A stretch of DNA of 64,000 nucleotides from Octopus bimaculoides. Taxonomy: Eukaryota. The notes below the pieces were generated by a model. That model was not told where the DNA came from and made no database searches. It saw nothing but the letters and a program-made list of their open reading frames with translations. Where the stretch lies: contig NC_068996.1 in assembly GCF_001194135.2 (NCBI RefSeq), positions 47,694,661-47,758,660 on the forward strand, read 5' to 3'. The position numbers and the translations under genes were made by a program. Shown one piece after another: positions 1 through 10,375 of the stretch (positions are counted from its first letter, which is position 1; the number at the start of each line of letters is the position of its first letter).

Positions 1-399
1 TTCAAGGCGATGCAGTCCAATGACTGGAAACTTGTAAACAATATAAAATATTATAATGTAAAATATGATATAAAATAAAACATGCAAAATATATGTTTCC
101 TGGTTATTGAGTGAGTGAGCCACATAAATACTGTCATGTGATCTATTGCTGCTATGCTGTTGTTAAACCCTGAAGTATTCATCTCACACTATGTTGCACT
201 GAAGATGAAAGGAATCTTGATGCAGCTGGTTTCCCATCATGTTTGGTTGCAGTTATGGTAGATGTCCAGACAAGGTGTTCTTGTTTCTGATTTTAATGGA
301 GAGACATGTAATTTCTCTAAGAAGCCATGTGTTGTGAAACTTTCTACAGTATCTGGATTGACATTTCAATGATAAGCTTATTTGGGAGCTGTCACCCAC

Positions 400-720
400 A
401 ATGCCAACCCAAAACATCATGAGTACATTGGCTGAATGCTTGATCAACAATGAAATTACATGCCTGCAGTTGTACGTGGTGTATAAAATCGAATGTAGCT
501 AATGTAATGGAAGCTACATTGGAAGTACACATATGGGTTAAAGAACACTTCTATGCTGATGCTTTTTCCATAAAAATACACTACAGAAGTGCTACACCTA
601 AGACATCCAGGTTTCAATTGAAGCCACAGAATGAAACATTGGGAACTTGAGACTAAAAGAAGCCATCTTAATTAGCAGTACCAGCCTATATATTAACAAC
701 AAAACTAAGCTACATACAGC
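400..720 (+). mobile_element. Degenerate Penelope-like retroelement remnant (GIY-YIG endonuclease region)
   Basis: Frame-broken translation YVVYKIECS*CNGSYIGST (473-529), then WVKEH, then LRLKEAILISSTSLYINNK (from ~647). This is the motif order of the PLE GIY-YIG domain. Confidence 0.7.
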
Positions 721-1901
721 TGATCAGCTACTGTATGAACACTATCTTATGTTGCAAGACAACCCTACATATACACACAGTTTAGAACATAAAAGTCAGC
801 TCAGAACACCATGTTTCCTGAAGAAATATATTATATTGAAATATAAGGAAGAAGTACAAAGCTTCAATTTGTATTATTTTTTATAATTTGCCTTGTTTTA
901 AAAAAAATCAAGAATAAATTTTAATCATTAAAGGATGGATTCTGTATTATGTGAAACAATATTGTGGGCTCTCCTTTCTTTTGCCACAAAACTGCTGCTC
1001 TTCTCTTCCAAATTGGAATGAGAATATTAGAGATAAGGAAAGAGTTTTGTGAAGTCGTAACTGATACAATAAATACTGCTGGCTGTTTTCCATGGGAAAC
1101 CTTTTTGAAATCTTGCATATAGAGAATAAAGGAATAAGCTGTTCAATAAAGGATATGCAACTTCGTTTGGTTTTTGTTTTTGTTTTCACAGTGTGCATGT
1201 ATATTGTAACAAACTTTTATTGTATCATTTAAAATTTTAAGAATAGAAATAAATATTAAAAAAAACAGAAAATTATAAAAACTGACAAAATAAAGATGAA
1301 ATAATATGTAAAATAAGATTTAGAATAAAAATATTCTTAAAAAATTAAACTAAACTAAAAATGGCATAATATAAGTATGAATAAAATGATATATAATTTA
1401 AGATTTAAAAAATAAAATTGAAATATCTTAAAACATAAAATGAAAATGAAAATTTTGATTTAATATGAAGTTAAGTAAAATATATACAATAAAGACTTAG
1501 AAATACAATAAAAAAATAAAGTGTGGAATGAAAATAAAACATGACTATGTAAAATGAATACAATTATACATAGTTTAAGATTTAAAAATAAAAGAAAATG
1601 TCTGGAAAATATCAAATGATAATAAAAGAAATGAAAATATAAAACAAATAAAATTATACATAATTTAAGATTAAAAAAACATGAAAATTAACATACAGTT
1701 GAAGGTAAACACAAGTAACCTTTAAAATGCCTCCTTCCCTATTGGGAGTTTTTTTTAAACTTCTTACATTGTTTTATTGCTATCAAATGTGTACACGAAT
1801 GTTTTTTTGCAAAACCTTTTGTATATCATCTTGAGTTGTCCTTTAATGTTTTGATTTATATTAACCCTTGTGCCCAATAAAATGATTAATTATTACCATT
1901 A

Positions 1902-2436
1902 TTGAGTAGGGAACAATGCATACTATCAAAGTGACACTGGAGTACATACATACAAAGCCCAGTGTAGCCATTCTGACTACCCGTCTGATAAGGGTACACC
2001 AGGCACATGCATCACAACCATATGTGCGCGACATGGTGATTTTATATCAAGATAAATAGCACATGACTTTGAAGATGGGGCACAGTGAGAATTTTCTTCA
2101 GGTTGAGTAGCCCATCCTGCTCAAAAGGTCCCTAAATAAGGGTCGTTTAAGGATATTGAACGAAAATCCCATGTTTCCAGAAATGAATTACTCAAACCTC
2201 AAAGATTTCCTCTCAACACACGACTATGATGCTCTCCCACTATTTCTGCTCGTGATCAGTGATGCACATATCGTCAGCCACCAAGGGACATGCGCAACTG
2301 GTTAATGTCAAACAACTGACAAGCAAATCTGTGGTATTGAGCAGAATATTTGCTGTAGCTCATCCTTTATACCAAGACAAAACACTGTACATGACAGCAT
2401 TTCCAATCAGTTAAAATCAGAAGCTATGAGAGCCAG
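1902..2436. mobile_element. ~530-bp interspersed repeat (family E), probably a non-LTR 3' end flanked by (ATT)n
   Basis: Colinear copies at 6557-6990 (inverted), 17029-17506 and 23176-23572. Confidence 0.8.
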
Positions 2437-2460
2437 TGACTAGTACTGCATCCGGTATTT

Positions 2461-2521
<61 letters not shown>

Positions 2522-3630
2522 TAATAATAATTATTATTATTATTATTATTATTATTATCATCATCAAGTTTGTTTTGCATTGGGAAGACTTCCTAAAGTA
2601 TTGAACATACAGTCATAGAATTTGCTAAAAAGGTATAATTGAACAGGCTTGAGGAAATTCAGTTTCTGTTGACAAATGACATTAGTCTATGGAGAAAGAC
2701 TAAAACTCAACTGTAGAAAATTCCAAACAACAAAGGATCTCTAAGAGGAAAAGCAATGATGAAGTCAGATGAGAAAAGTAAATAAAAACACCAGGAAGTC
2801 ATTTCTAAAAGCCTAACCTTGGTATTGTTGCTACTGGTTAAATGTAGCTAGGAATGGTTAATGGCTATGGCTTATCTGAACAAATGTTTACCAAAAGCAT
2901 CTTTTGAAGGTTAGCATCAGTAATAAATCAGGTGGAATGGAAGGTAAATCTGCTGTAGAACTATCAGGATGCAGTTTAGAGACAAACAGTACAAGTTTAG
3001 ATAAAGATAATGAAATGATAGCAAGGTGACAGTAATGAAAAAGCTAAATTGAGAAGAACAGCTGGAGTCATTTCAAGGACCAGACGATTGGTCTCAGTGG
3101 CTTTCACGTTGTATTAGACAGGACAACATTCTACTTGACTAAATGCAGAAGATGATGCCGTTGTGATGATGATGGTGATGATGATGAAGATGATGATCAT
3201 CATCATCATCATCATCAACACCACTGCTATCATCCTCCTTATCATCACCACCGCTATCATCATCATCATCATCATTGTTGTTGTCGTCGTCATCAGCAAT
3301 AACAAACACCAACAGCACTATCATCATGTGGCTGCTTCATCCTCCTCATCCTCCTCATCCTCATCATATGGTCGCTTTATGTGCTGACATGGGTTGGAGG
3401 AGTCGTTTTGGTTATACTGAGCACATATTTAGTGGGTGGGTACTGTTCACCTTACATAGACTGTATTTCACTCAGGTTTCAATTTTGGCTTGTTTCTTTG
3501 ACTGGGTGCCATTTCTAACATTAACCATTTTACACAATGCACTGGTTACAACAGTTCTATATTTAAGAAATGAGGAATTATGTACATTATTTACATTTGA
3601 CGGATATTTGTCCTCATTTTGTTTGTTGTT

Positions 3631-3676
3631 AACACAACATTTCGGCTGATATGCTCTCCAGCCTTCATCAGGTGTC
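3631..3676 (-). ncRNA. Minimal type-I hammerhead ribozyme-like motif
   Basis: Reverse complement GACAC-CUGAUGA-A-GGCUG(loop)CAGCC-GAAA-U-GUU-GUGUU. Stem I GACAC/GUGUU, stem II GGCUG/CAGCC, minimal stem III. Confidence 0.65.
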
Positions 3677-3857
3677 TTGGGGAAATTTCGAACCTGGGTT
3701 CTCATTTCTAAAGTATTTTTCAATGTTATTATTATTATTATTCAGGTCACTGCCTGGAATCGAACTCGGAATCTTGGGGTTAGTAGCCCATGCTCTTATC
3801 CACTACACCATCGAAAAATACCTTAGGAATAAGAACCCAGTTTTGAAATTTCCCCAA

Positions 3858-3903
3858 GACACCTGAAGAAGGCTGGAGGGTATATCAACCGAAACATTGT
3901 GTT
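3858..3903 (+). ncRNA. Minimal hammerhead ribozyme-like motif (second, opposite-strand copy, partly decayed)
   Basis: GACAC-CUGAAGA-A-GGCUG(loop)CAACC-GAAA-C-AUU-GUGUU. One stem II mismatch, and a CpG-type change in stem III. Confidence 0.55.
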
Positions 3904-4761
3904 AACAACGAACAAGATGAGGACAAATATCCGTCAAATGTAAATAATGTAAATAATGTGCACTAGTTACTATTCTTGTTTTTTTTATGGCACCAGCATT
4001 AAAGAAGTTGTCATTTCCTAGACAAGACTATATAATTTTCTCCACCCTACACATTTACAGCATGTACTAAGATGCATTGTTTCCATTTTTTTTTTTTTTT
4101 GTGATACTTGCACTAGTAGACAAGTAGCCATGTCCCTTGTTACAAGGTCTGAAATTTGTTGGGAGGGAACTAGTTGGTTACATCAATTTCACTGGTACTT
4201 AATTTATTGACCCTGGAAGTTTGAATGGCAAAGCTGACCTTGGTGGAATTTGAACTCAGAATGTAAGGACGGATGAAATACCGCTAAGGATATCGCTTGA
4301 TCTGCTAACAGTTCTGTCGGCTTACCACCTTAATAATATTAATAATATGGAGGATCCCAGTTGAGAATCACTAGCATAGATAATAAGTACTGCCCCCTTC
4401 CTTGATTCAATATTATAAAATGGAAGAGAAAAATGCTAATGTTTGTTAAAAAAGAAAAAAAAATCTAAAAGATATTTCGGGGAAATCCATTCATACGAAT
4501 ATTTGTTTATAGATAAAAACTACTCCATGGAAATGACTAAGTGACTAATGGCTGATGTAAAACGTCAGAGTACTTAAAGAGATTTTCATTGAGTATTTAA
4601 GTGGCTGGAGAGGGCGGGAGAGAGATATGGCGGTGGGGACTGTAGCAGATGAAGTTGTAAACCGTGTTTCAAATTGGTCGATCACTGGGGAAATCCTGCT
4701 ATTCTCATGTTTACATCTCTCAGCAGTCTCAAAATGATGTATTATCAGCACATAAAACATA

Positions 4762-4796
<35 letters not shown>

Positions 4797-5862
4797 TAAT
4801 TCTTTTTTTTAATGGTAGTCTCTGGAGTCTGAGAATGGTGATTCCACAACTTGTTGCTGAACAACTTGAACAAATGATTTGTTTCTAGTGATGCTTGTGT
4901 TGCACACCAGTTCACTCCCATCCATCAAATTGACATTAACTATACAAGTGAATGGCGTGTCACGTGTTGGTTGCCAAAAGGATTGCGGTGTAACATAATA
5001 TTAAGCGTTTTGTTCAAGAATCCAGTGCACTGCCCAGTCCAAGAATTGAAACCATAATCTCATGATTGTGAATGTATCACCCTAATGGCTAGGTTATCAT
5101 AAGTGTGGGGACGAAATTTGCTTAGCAGTGCAAACCCAGTTTTTCAGGTGAATGTTCAATGTTTTCCCTGCCACCAGTGAAATCGATGTAACCAACTAGT
5201 TCCCTCCCAACAAATTTCAGACCTTGAGCCTTTCACGGAAAGGATTATTATTATTATAGAGGTGAGGTGGTAGAATCATTAGCACACCTGACAAGATGAT
5301 TAGTGACATTTTGTCCATTTTTATGTTCTAAGTTCAAATTCCAGAGGTCGACTCTGCCATTCATTGTTTCAAAGTAGACAAATTCAGCACCAATCGAACA
5401 CTGGGGTTATTGTCTTTGACTAGCCCCTTCTCCAATAATTTAAGGCCTTGTGCCTATAGCAGAAAGGATCATCCTTATCATTATTATCATCATCACCTTC
5501 ATCCTTATTCTTCTCCTCTTCCTTTTCATTCTTCTTAATTTCGTTCTTCAGCCTCCATGTAAGGTCAGGTAGAACAGGTGAGTGGACCTATTCTTAAAGG
5601 AATTCCTGCCAGCCACAGCCACTTTGACTCATTTTTTTATATCATAAACAAATGTTGATCACATAATTTCCTTTTTAGGGTATCAGGATTTTATTAAGCG
5701 ATTTGGCTGCTATTTCTAGCAGGGGCTGCATGACTGCATAGAAGCTGCTTTAATGATTCTTTTGCCTTCTTGATTGGTGTTTGATTTATCAAATCTTGAA
5801 GAGTTGAAGTGCAAAGTTAATAACCCTTTCTAACGAGAAAGATTTTATAGCATGAAAGTGAG

Positions 5863-5917
<55 letters not shown>

Positions 5918-6556
5918 GAAAAAAAGTGAGAGAAAGAAAGATTTAACGCTAAAGAGAGAACTGTTTATTTCTGATGTGTATATATGGACCAGTCAACTCA
6001 CCATCCCTGCCTTACTATCATAATGATAATAATAACAACGTTTCCTTTAAAAGTATCACGCACCCATTCGAACATTAACTGGCTTCAATTATGTACTCAG
6101 TCTTCATTTTAATATTAAATGTCCATTCGAACCAGACATGCTACACAAACAATAGTTAATGTATAGAGTTACGGACAACAATATTCTTAGACATTGGATC
6201 TTGATTACACATACAATTAAATAAGGAGCTGCAAAATTATTAAATTATACGACTATTATCCAAACAAGTGAAGATAAAATTCAAATAACCAAGATTAGAA
6301 TTACTTTATTTGATTAGCAAAAACTAATTAATATGCTAAAGTAGTCAACAAGAACTAGCAACACACTTGCGATGTGGAAATGAATTAGTGTGAAAGTAAA
6401 TTTATTAATGGAATAAATTTAAAACACAATCCTCTTCATACAAAGTTGATGGGAATTAGATGGGAAATCCATGAATTCAATGGCCACCCACACAAAAGAA
6501 GCATTTTGCAGCTTTAAAGCAGTTTGTCATTTTTTAAAAATAATATGAAGTATCAA

Positions 6557-6990
6557 GCTCTCATGACTTCTGGTCTTAACTGATTGGAAGCGTTATCATG
6601 TAGATTGTTTTGTCTTGCTATAAAAGTTATAGCAAATATTCTGCTCAATACCACAGATTTGCTTGTCAGTTGTTTGACCATAACCAGTTGAGCATGTCTC
6701 TTGGTGGCTGACGATATGTGCATCTCTGATCATGAGCAGGAGTAGTGGGGGAGCATCATAACCATGTGTTGAGAGGAATTCTTTGGGGTTTGAATAATTC
6801 ACCTTTGGAAACATGGATGTTTTGCTCAACATCCTTAAACAAACCTTATTCAGGGACCTTTTGAGCGGGATGGGCTACTCAACCTGAAGAAAATTCTAAC
6901 TGATCCCTACCTGAAAGGTCATACACTGTTAATCTTGATATAAGGTCACCATGTGCACATATGGTTGTGATGCATGTGCCTGGTGTGCCC
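6557..6990. mobile_element. Family E copy, inverted relative to 1902-2436
   Basis: Reverse-complement alignment by eye. Confidence 0.8.
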
Positions 6991-7095
6991 AATTTCTAAG
7001 GCTTATAAGGGACTGAGATAACAACACACCCCCATCAAAAAGGACACTGGTCTGCCACAGGGTTAACTTCCCAGTTTTCTCTGGAATTAATTTCT

Positions 7096-7510
7096 GAGGT
7101 TAGCTAAAAGTTCATAGGCCAACCAAGATACTCTCATTAGAATGCGACCAAATGAGGTTTATTTTTTCATCATAGCCTCCCCTTGCAATCCACACACTTC
7201 TTACACCAGGGTTGCCACTGGACGCTTGGATGCTATCGGTAAAGAAGCTTTGATCCTGCTGGTCAAAAGAAGTTATAAACAACAGATATGACGTCATCAT
7301 CACTGCAATACTGGTTCCCAGCCAAATGGGTTTTTGTGTTGGGGGAATAGATGATAATCAGATGGGGTCAAATCAGGAGAATAGGGAAACTGATCAACCA
7401 GTTTAAAGTCACAGTCATGCACAGCTGAGTGGACAGGCCCAGTGTGTAAAGAAAAGTTTTGTTCAAGACCTGGAAGTTGAAACCAAGATCTTGCAATCAT
7501 GAGTGAAACG
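7096..7510 (-). mobile_element. Mariner (Tc1/mariner) transposase 3' remnant with terminal-repeat-like end
   Basis: ORF-track peptides AVHDCDFKLVDQFPYSPDLTPSDYHLFP (YSPDL motif) and FDQQDQSFFTDSIQA...GGYDEK, frameshifted. The end at ~7096-7115 resembles the TIR of the MITEs at 9232 and 9873. Confidence 0.85.
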
Positions 7511-7613
7511 ATTTGACCACTGGGGCAAATGATTTCCCAACTTGTAAAAAGATTTAAAAAAAAAGAAATATTGTAAGAACAACAATAATGATGATGATGA
7601 TGATGATGATGAT

Positions 7614-7950
7614 TGTTCTCTAGAACAATGCTATGTACAAAACCAAAGATATGACACCCTAGGCAGAATACCAACATGAACTTCTAACTTGTCTCTTGAG
7701 GTTTCTAGATGAGACTTGGAGCCAACTTGTGTACAAATACAAAACAAAAGTCAAACATAATAATAATAATAATAATAATAATAATATGTTCTCTAGAACA
7801 ATACTATGTACAAAATCAAATATGACACCCTAGGCACAAACACCAACTTGAACTTCTAACTTTTTGTCTCATGAGGTTTCAGGATGAGACTTGGAGTCAA
7901 TCAACTTGTGCAAGAATGCAAAGCAAAAGTCAGGCATATGATAATAATAA
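7614..7950 (+). repeat. Tandem duplication of a ~170-bp unit ending in (AAT)n
   Basis: TGTTCTCTAGAACAAT...GATGAGACTTGGAG...CAAAAGTCA occurs twice. Confidence 0.85.
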
Positions 7951-8240
7951 GAGTCAATGATTTGGTTCGTGCTAATAGTTTTCTGGTACTGCTTAATTTT
8001 TTCCAATTAGCTTTCTGTCATAATTAATAGAGGTTAATTAGAGCTGCTTGGAAATTCATTAAATCTGCTTAGTATTTTAAATAGCGAGCAATTAATTATT
8101 AATCATACATAATTATTGTATGAAAATACCTTTAAAGAAAGTGGAGAAGTTGTGAAATATAGGAGGAAAAAGTATAAAGAATTAGTAAGTACATTTTCTT
8201 TTTTCCGGCAAGCCAAGTGAGACCATAATCCGAGGCCTCT

Positions 8241-8317
8241 GCCAGGGGTGTAGCCAGGGGTGTAGCCAGGGGTGTAGCCAGGGGTGTAGCCAGGGGTGTA
8301 GCCAGGGGTGTAGCCAG
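8241..8317 (+). repeat. 12-bp tandem repeat (GCCAGGGGTGTA) x6
   Basis: Six exact units plus GCCAG. Confidence 0.95.
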
Positions 8318-8922
8318 CCCACTTATGCATACCTTTCCTTCATTGGACACTAAACTTTGCTTGCGAAAACCTGTTGAGGTAAATGAAATCGAAATCGAAC
8401 CAAATTCGATGACTGGTTGTGAAGACCTGTTGGGGCAAGTGAAATTGAAATTGCAATTGAACCAAATTCAATGACTGGCACCTGTGCCAGTGGAGCGCTA
8501 AGAGCACCATCCGAGCATGATCATTGCCAGAGCAGCTGTCTAGCTTCCGTGCCAGTGGCATGTAAATAGCACCATTTGAGCGTGATCATTACTGGCGTCA
8601 CCTTACTGGCACATGAAAAAACATTTAAGCAAGGTCGTTGCTAGCACTGCTGGACTGACTCCTGTGCAGGTGGCATGTAAAAAACACCATTTTGAGCATG
8701 GCCATTGCCAGTACCACCTGACTGGCCCTTGTGCCGGTGGCATGTAAAAGCACTCACTACACTCTTGAAGTGGTTGGCGTTAGGAAGGGCATCCAGCTGT
8801 AGAAACTCTACCAGATTAGATTGGAGCCTGGTGTAGCCATCTGGTTCGCCAGTCCTCAGTCAAATCGTCCAACCCATGCTAGCATGGAAAGGGGACGTTA
8901 AATGATGATGAAGATGATGATG
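8318..8922 (+). mobile_element. RTE-LINE 3'-UTR-derived repeat (family C) with (GAT)n tail
   Basis: AAAGCAC.CACTACACTCT...TTAGGAAGGGCATCCAGCTGTAGAAAC...CCAACCCATGCTAGCATGGAAA...GATGATGATG. Further copies at 9484-9676(-), 13420-13700, 21245-21720(-), 29115-29282(-), 31545-31838, 34600-34800(-), 37585-37915, 44250-44400(-), 49722-50000(-) and 50455-50715. Confidence 0.8.
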
Positions 8923-9231
8923 AGTACTGTATAATCCCCTTCCTAATACAGACCAATTTGCCAATTAAATTTCTTTGAACTCTAATGATTATCTTAAGAA
9001 TTATCTCAAAATGGCATAGCTGTGTGGTAAGACGTTAACTTCCTGACCACATGGATCCAGGTTCAGTCCCACTGCATGGCAGCTTAGACAAGTATTTTCA
9101 ACTATAACCAGTCAAGCTAGGCCTTGTGAGTGGATTTTTCAGGCAGAAACTAAAAAAGCCCATCATGTGTGTGTGTGTGTGTGTATGTACCACATGTCAC
9201 TGGATGCCATTTATTGGCTTTTTACTTTGTA

Positions 9232-9446
9232 CAAGGGGGTGCTGAAAAGTTCCTGGTTTTAAGGGCATCGTGAAAGATCTGGCTGGAGGCCCAAAGTTCC
9301 AAGTTCTTTTACAGGGCTTAGAAAAACTGAACGACCACTGCAATTAGTGTGTGACTATGAGAGGGGAATATGTCGAATAAAATCATAATTAACTGATCCT
9401 CCTGTTTTTTCTTTTACCCAAAGCTAGGAACTTTTCAGCACCTCAG
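9232..9446 (+). mobile_element. Mariner-derived MITE
   Basis: TIRs GGTGCTGAAAAGTTCCTGG / CTAGGAACTTTTCAGCACC, TA at the left end. The interior resembles the transposase C-terminus (FYRALEKL...RGEYVE*). Confidence 0.8.
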
Positions 9447-9452
9447 ATGGAT

Positions 9453-9486
<34 letters not shown>

Positions 9487-9681
9487 TCATCATCATCATC
9501 ACCGTTTAATGTCTGCTTTCCATGCTGGCATGGGTTGGATGGTTTGACTGAGGGCTGGCAAACCAGAAGGCTACACCATGCTCCAGTCTGATCAGGCAAA
9601 GTTTCTACAGTTGAATGTCCTCCCTAATTCCAAGCACTCCAAGAGTGTAGTGGGTGCTTTTTACATTCCACTGGCATATGC

Positions 9682-9715
<34 letters not shown>

Positions 9716-9872
9716 GCATAGATGGGTACAGGACGTCATCAACTGGAAACAACACGAAGTATGAAAACAAGCGAGTTAAATACGCAAACAAGAGAAAAAC
9801 AAATTGAAAATAGGACAAGCAACACAAAGAATGACCCCTCATCAGTTGTCAGCTGTCTATCTACCCCTCATT

Positions 9873-10082
9873 GTGCTGAGAAGTTCCTGGATTTAAGGGT
9901 ATTACGAAAGGTTTGGCTGGAGGCCCAACCTTCCGAGTTGTTTTACAGGGCGTAGAAAAACTGAAGGGCTTCTATAATAAGTGTATGAATCTGAAAGGGG
10001 AATATGTTGAATAAAATCATAATTAATTGATCCTCCTGTATTTTCTCTTATCTAAAGCCAAGAACTTTTCAGTACCACCTCA
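9873..10082 (+). mobile_element. Second mariner-derived MITE copy
   Basis: GTGCTGAGAAGTTCCTGG ... CCAAGAACTTTTCAGTACCACCTCA followed by TA. Interior reads VWLEAQPSELFYRA...KGEYVE*. Confidence 0.8.
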
Positions 10083-10147
10083 TAGTGTCATGCATCCTAT
10101 CTGAGAATAATTTCCTCTCTTTCTTCCATAGAAACAATAATGCCATG

Positions 10148-10375
10148 AGGCAGCGAGCTGGCAGAAATGTTAACACGCCAGGCGAAATACTTATCGGTAT
10201 TTCGTCTGTCTTTACATTCTGAGTTCAAATTCCACCAAGGTCAACTTTGCCTTTCATTCTTTCGGGGTCGATAAATTAAGTACCAGTTACACACTGAGGT
10301 TGATGTAATCGACTTAATCCCTTTGTCTGTCCCCTCTATGTTTAGCCCCTTGTGGCCAGTAAAGAAATAAGAAAC
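10148..10375 (+). mobile_element. tRNA-derived SINE family B (GGCGAGCTGGCAGAA...TTCTGAGTTCAAATTCC...CTTTGCCTTTCATCCTTTCGGGGTCGATAAATTAAGTACCAG)
   Basis: Box B-like GAGTTCAAATTCC. Related copies at ~4120-4330(-), 5270-5470, 10750-10980, 16440-16640, 16780-16990, 17760-17950, 22690-22910, 30480-30700 and 50050-50235. Confidence 0.85.

Larger units (their letters stand above)
3583..3951. mobile_element. Palindromic tRNA-headed SINE-like element with inverted duplicate of its HHR-containing body
   Basis: Arms 3583-~3725 and ~3808-3951 are reverse complements. The loop holds a minus-strand tRNA-like head (3743-3810: TGGTGTAGTGG box A, GTTCGATTCC box B) and (AAT)n. Confidence 0.85.

Noticed and set aside
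3743-3810. tRNA gene
   Set aside because: Box A/B present but no complete cloverleaf or acceptor stem; it is a SINE head. The same applies to the heads of families A, B and D.
4545-4793. Relatively GC-rich unique stretch with an 82-aa minus-strand ORF
   Set aside because: No recognisable homology, and the ORF starts in a (TG)n microsatellite.
9830-9860. Minus-strand CUGAUGA as another hammerhead
   Set aside because: No closing stem II plus GAAA found downstream.
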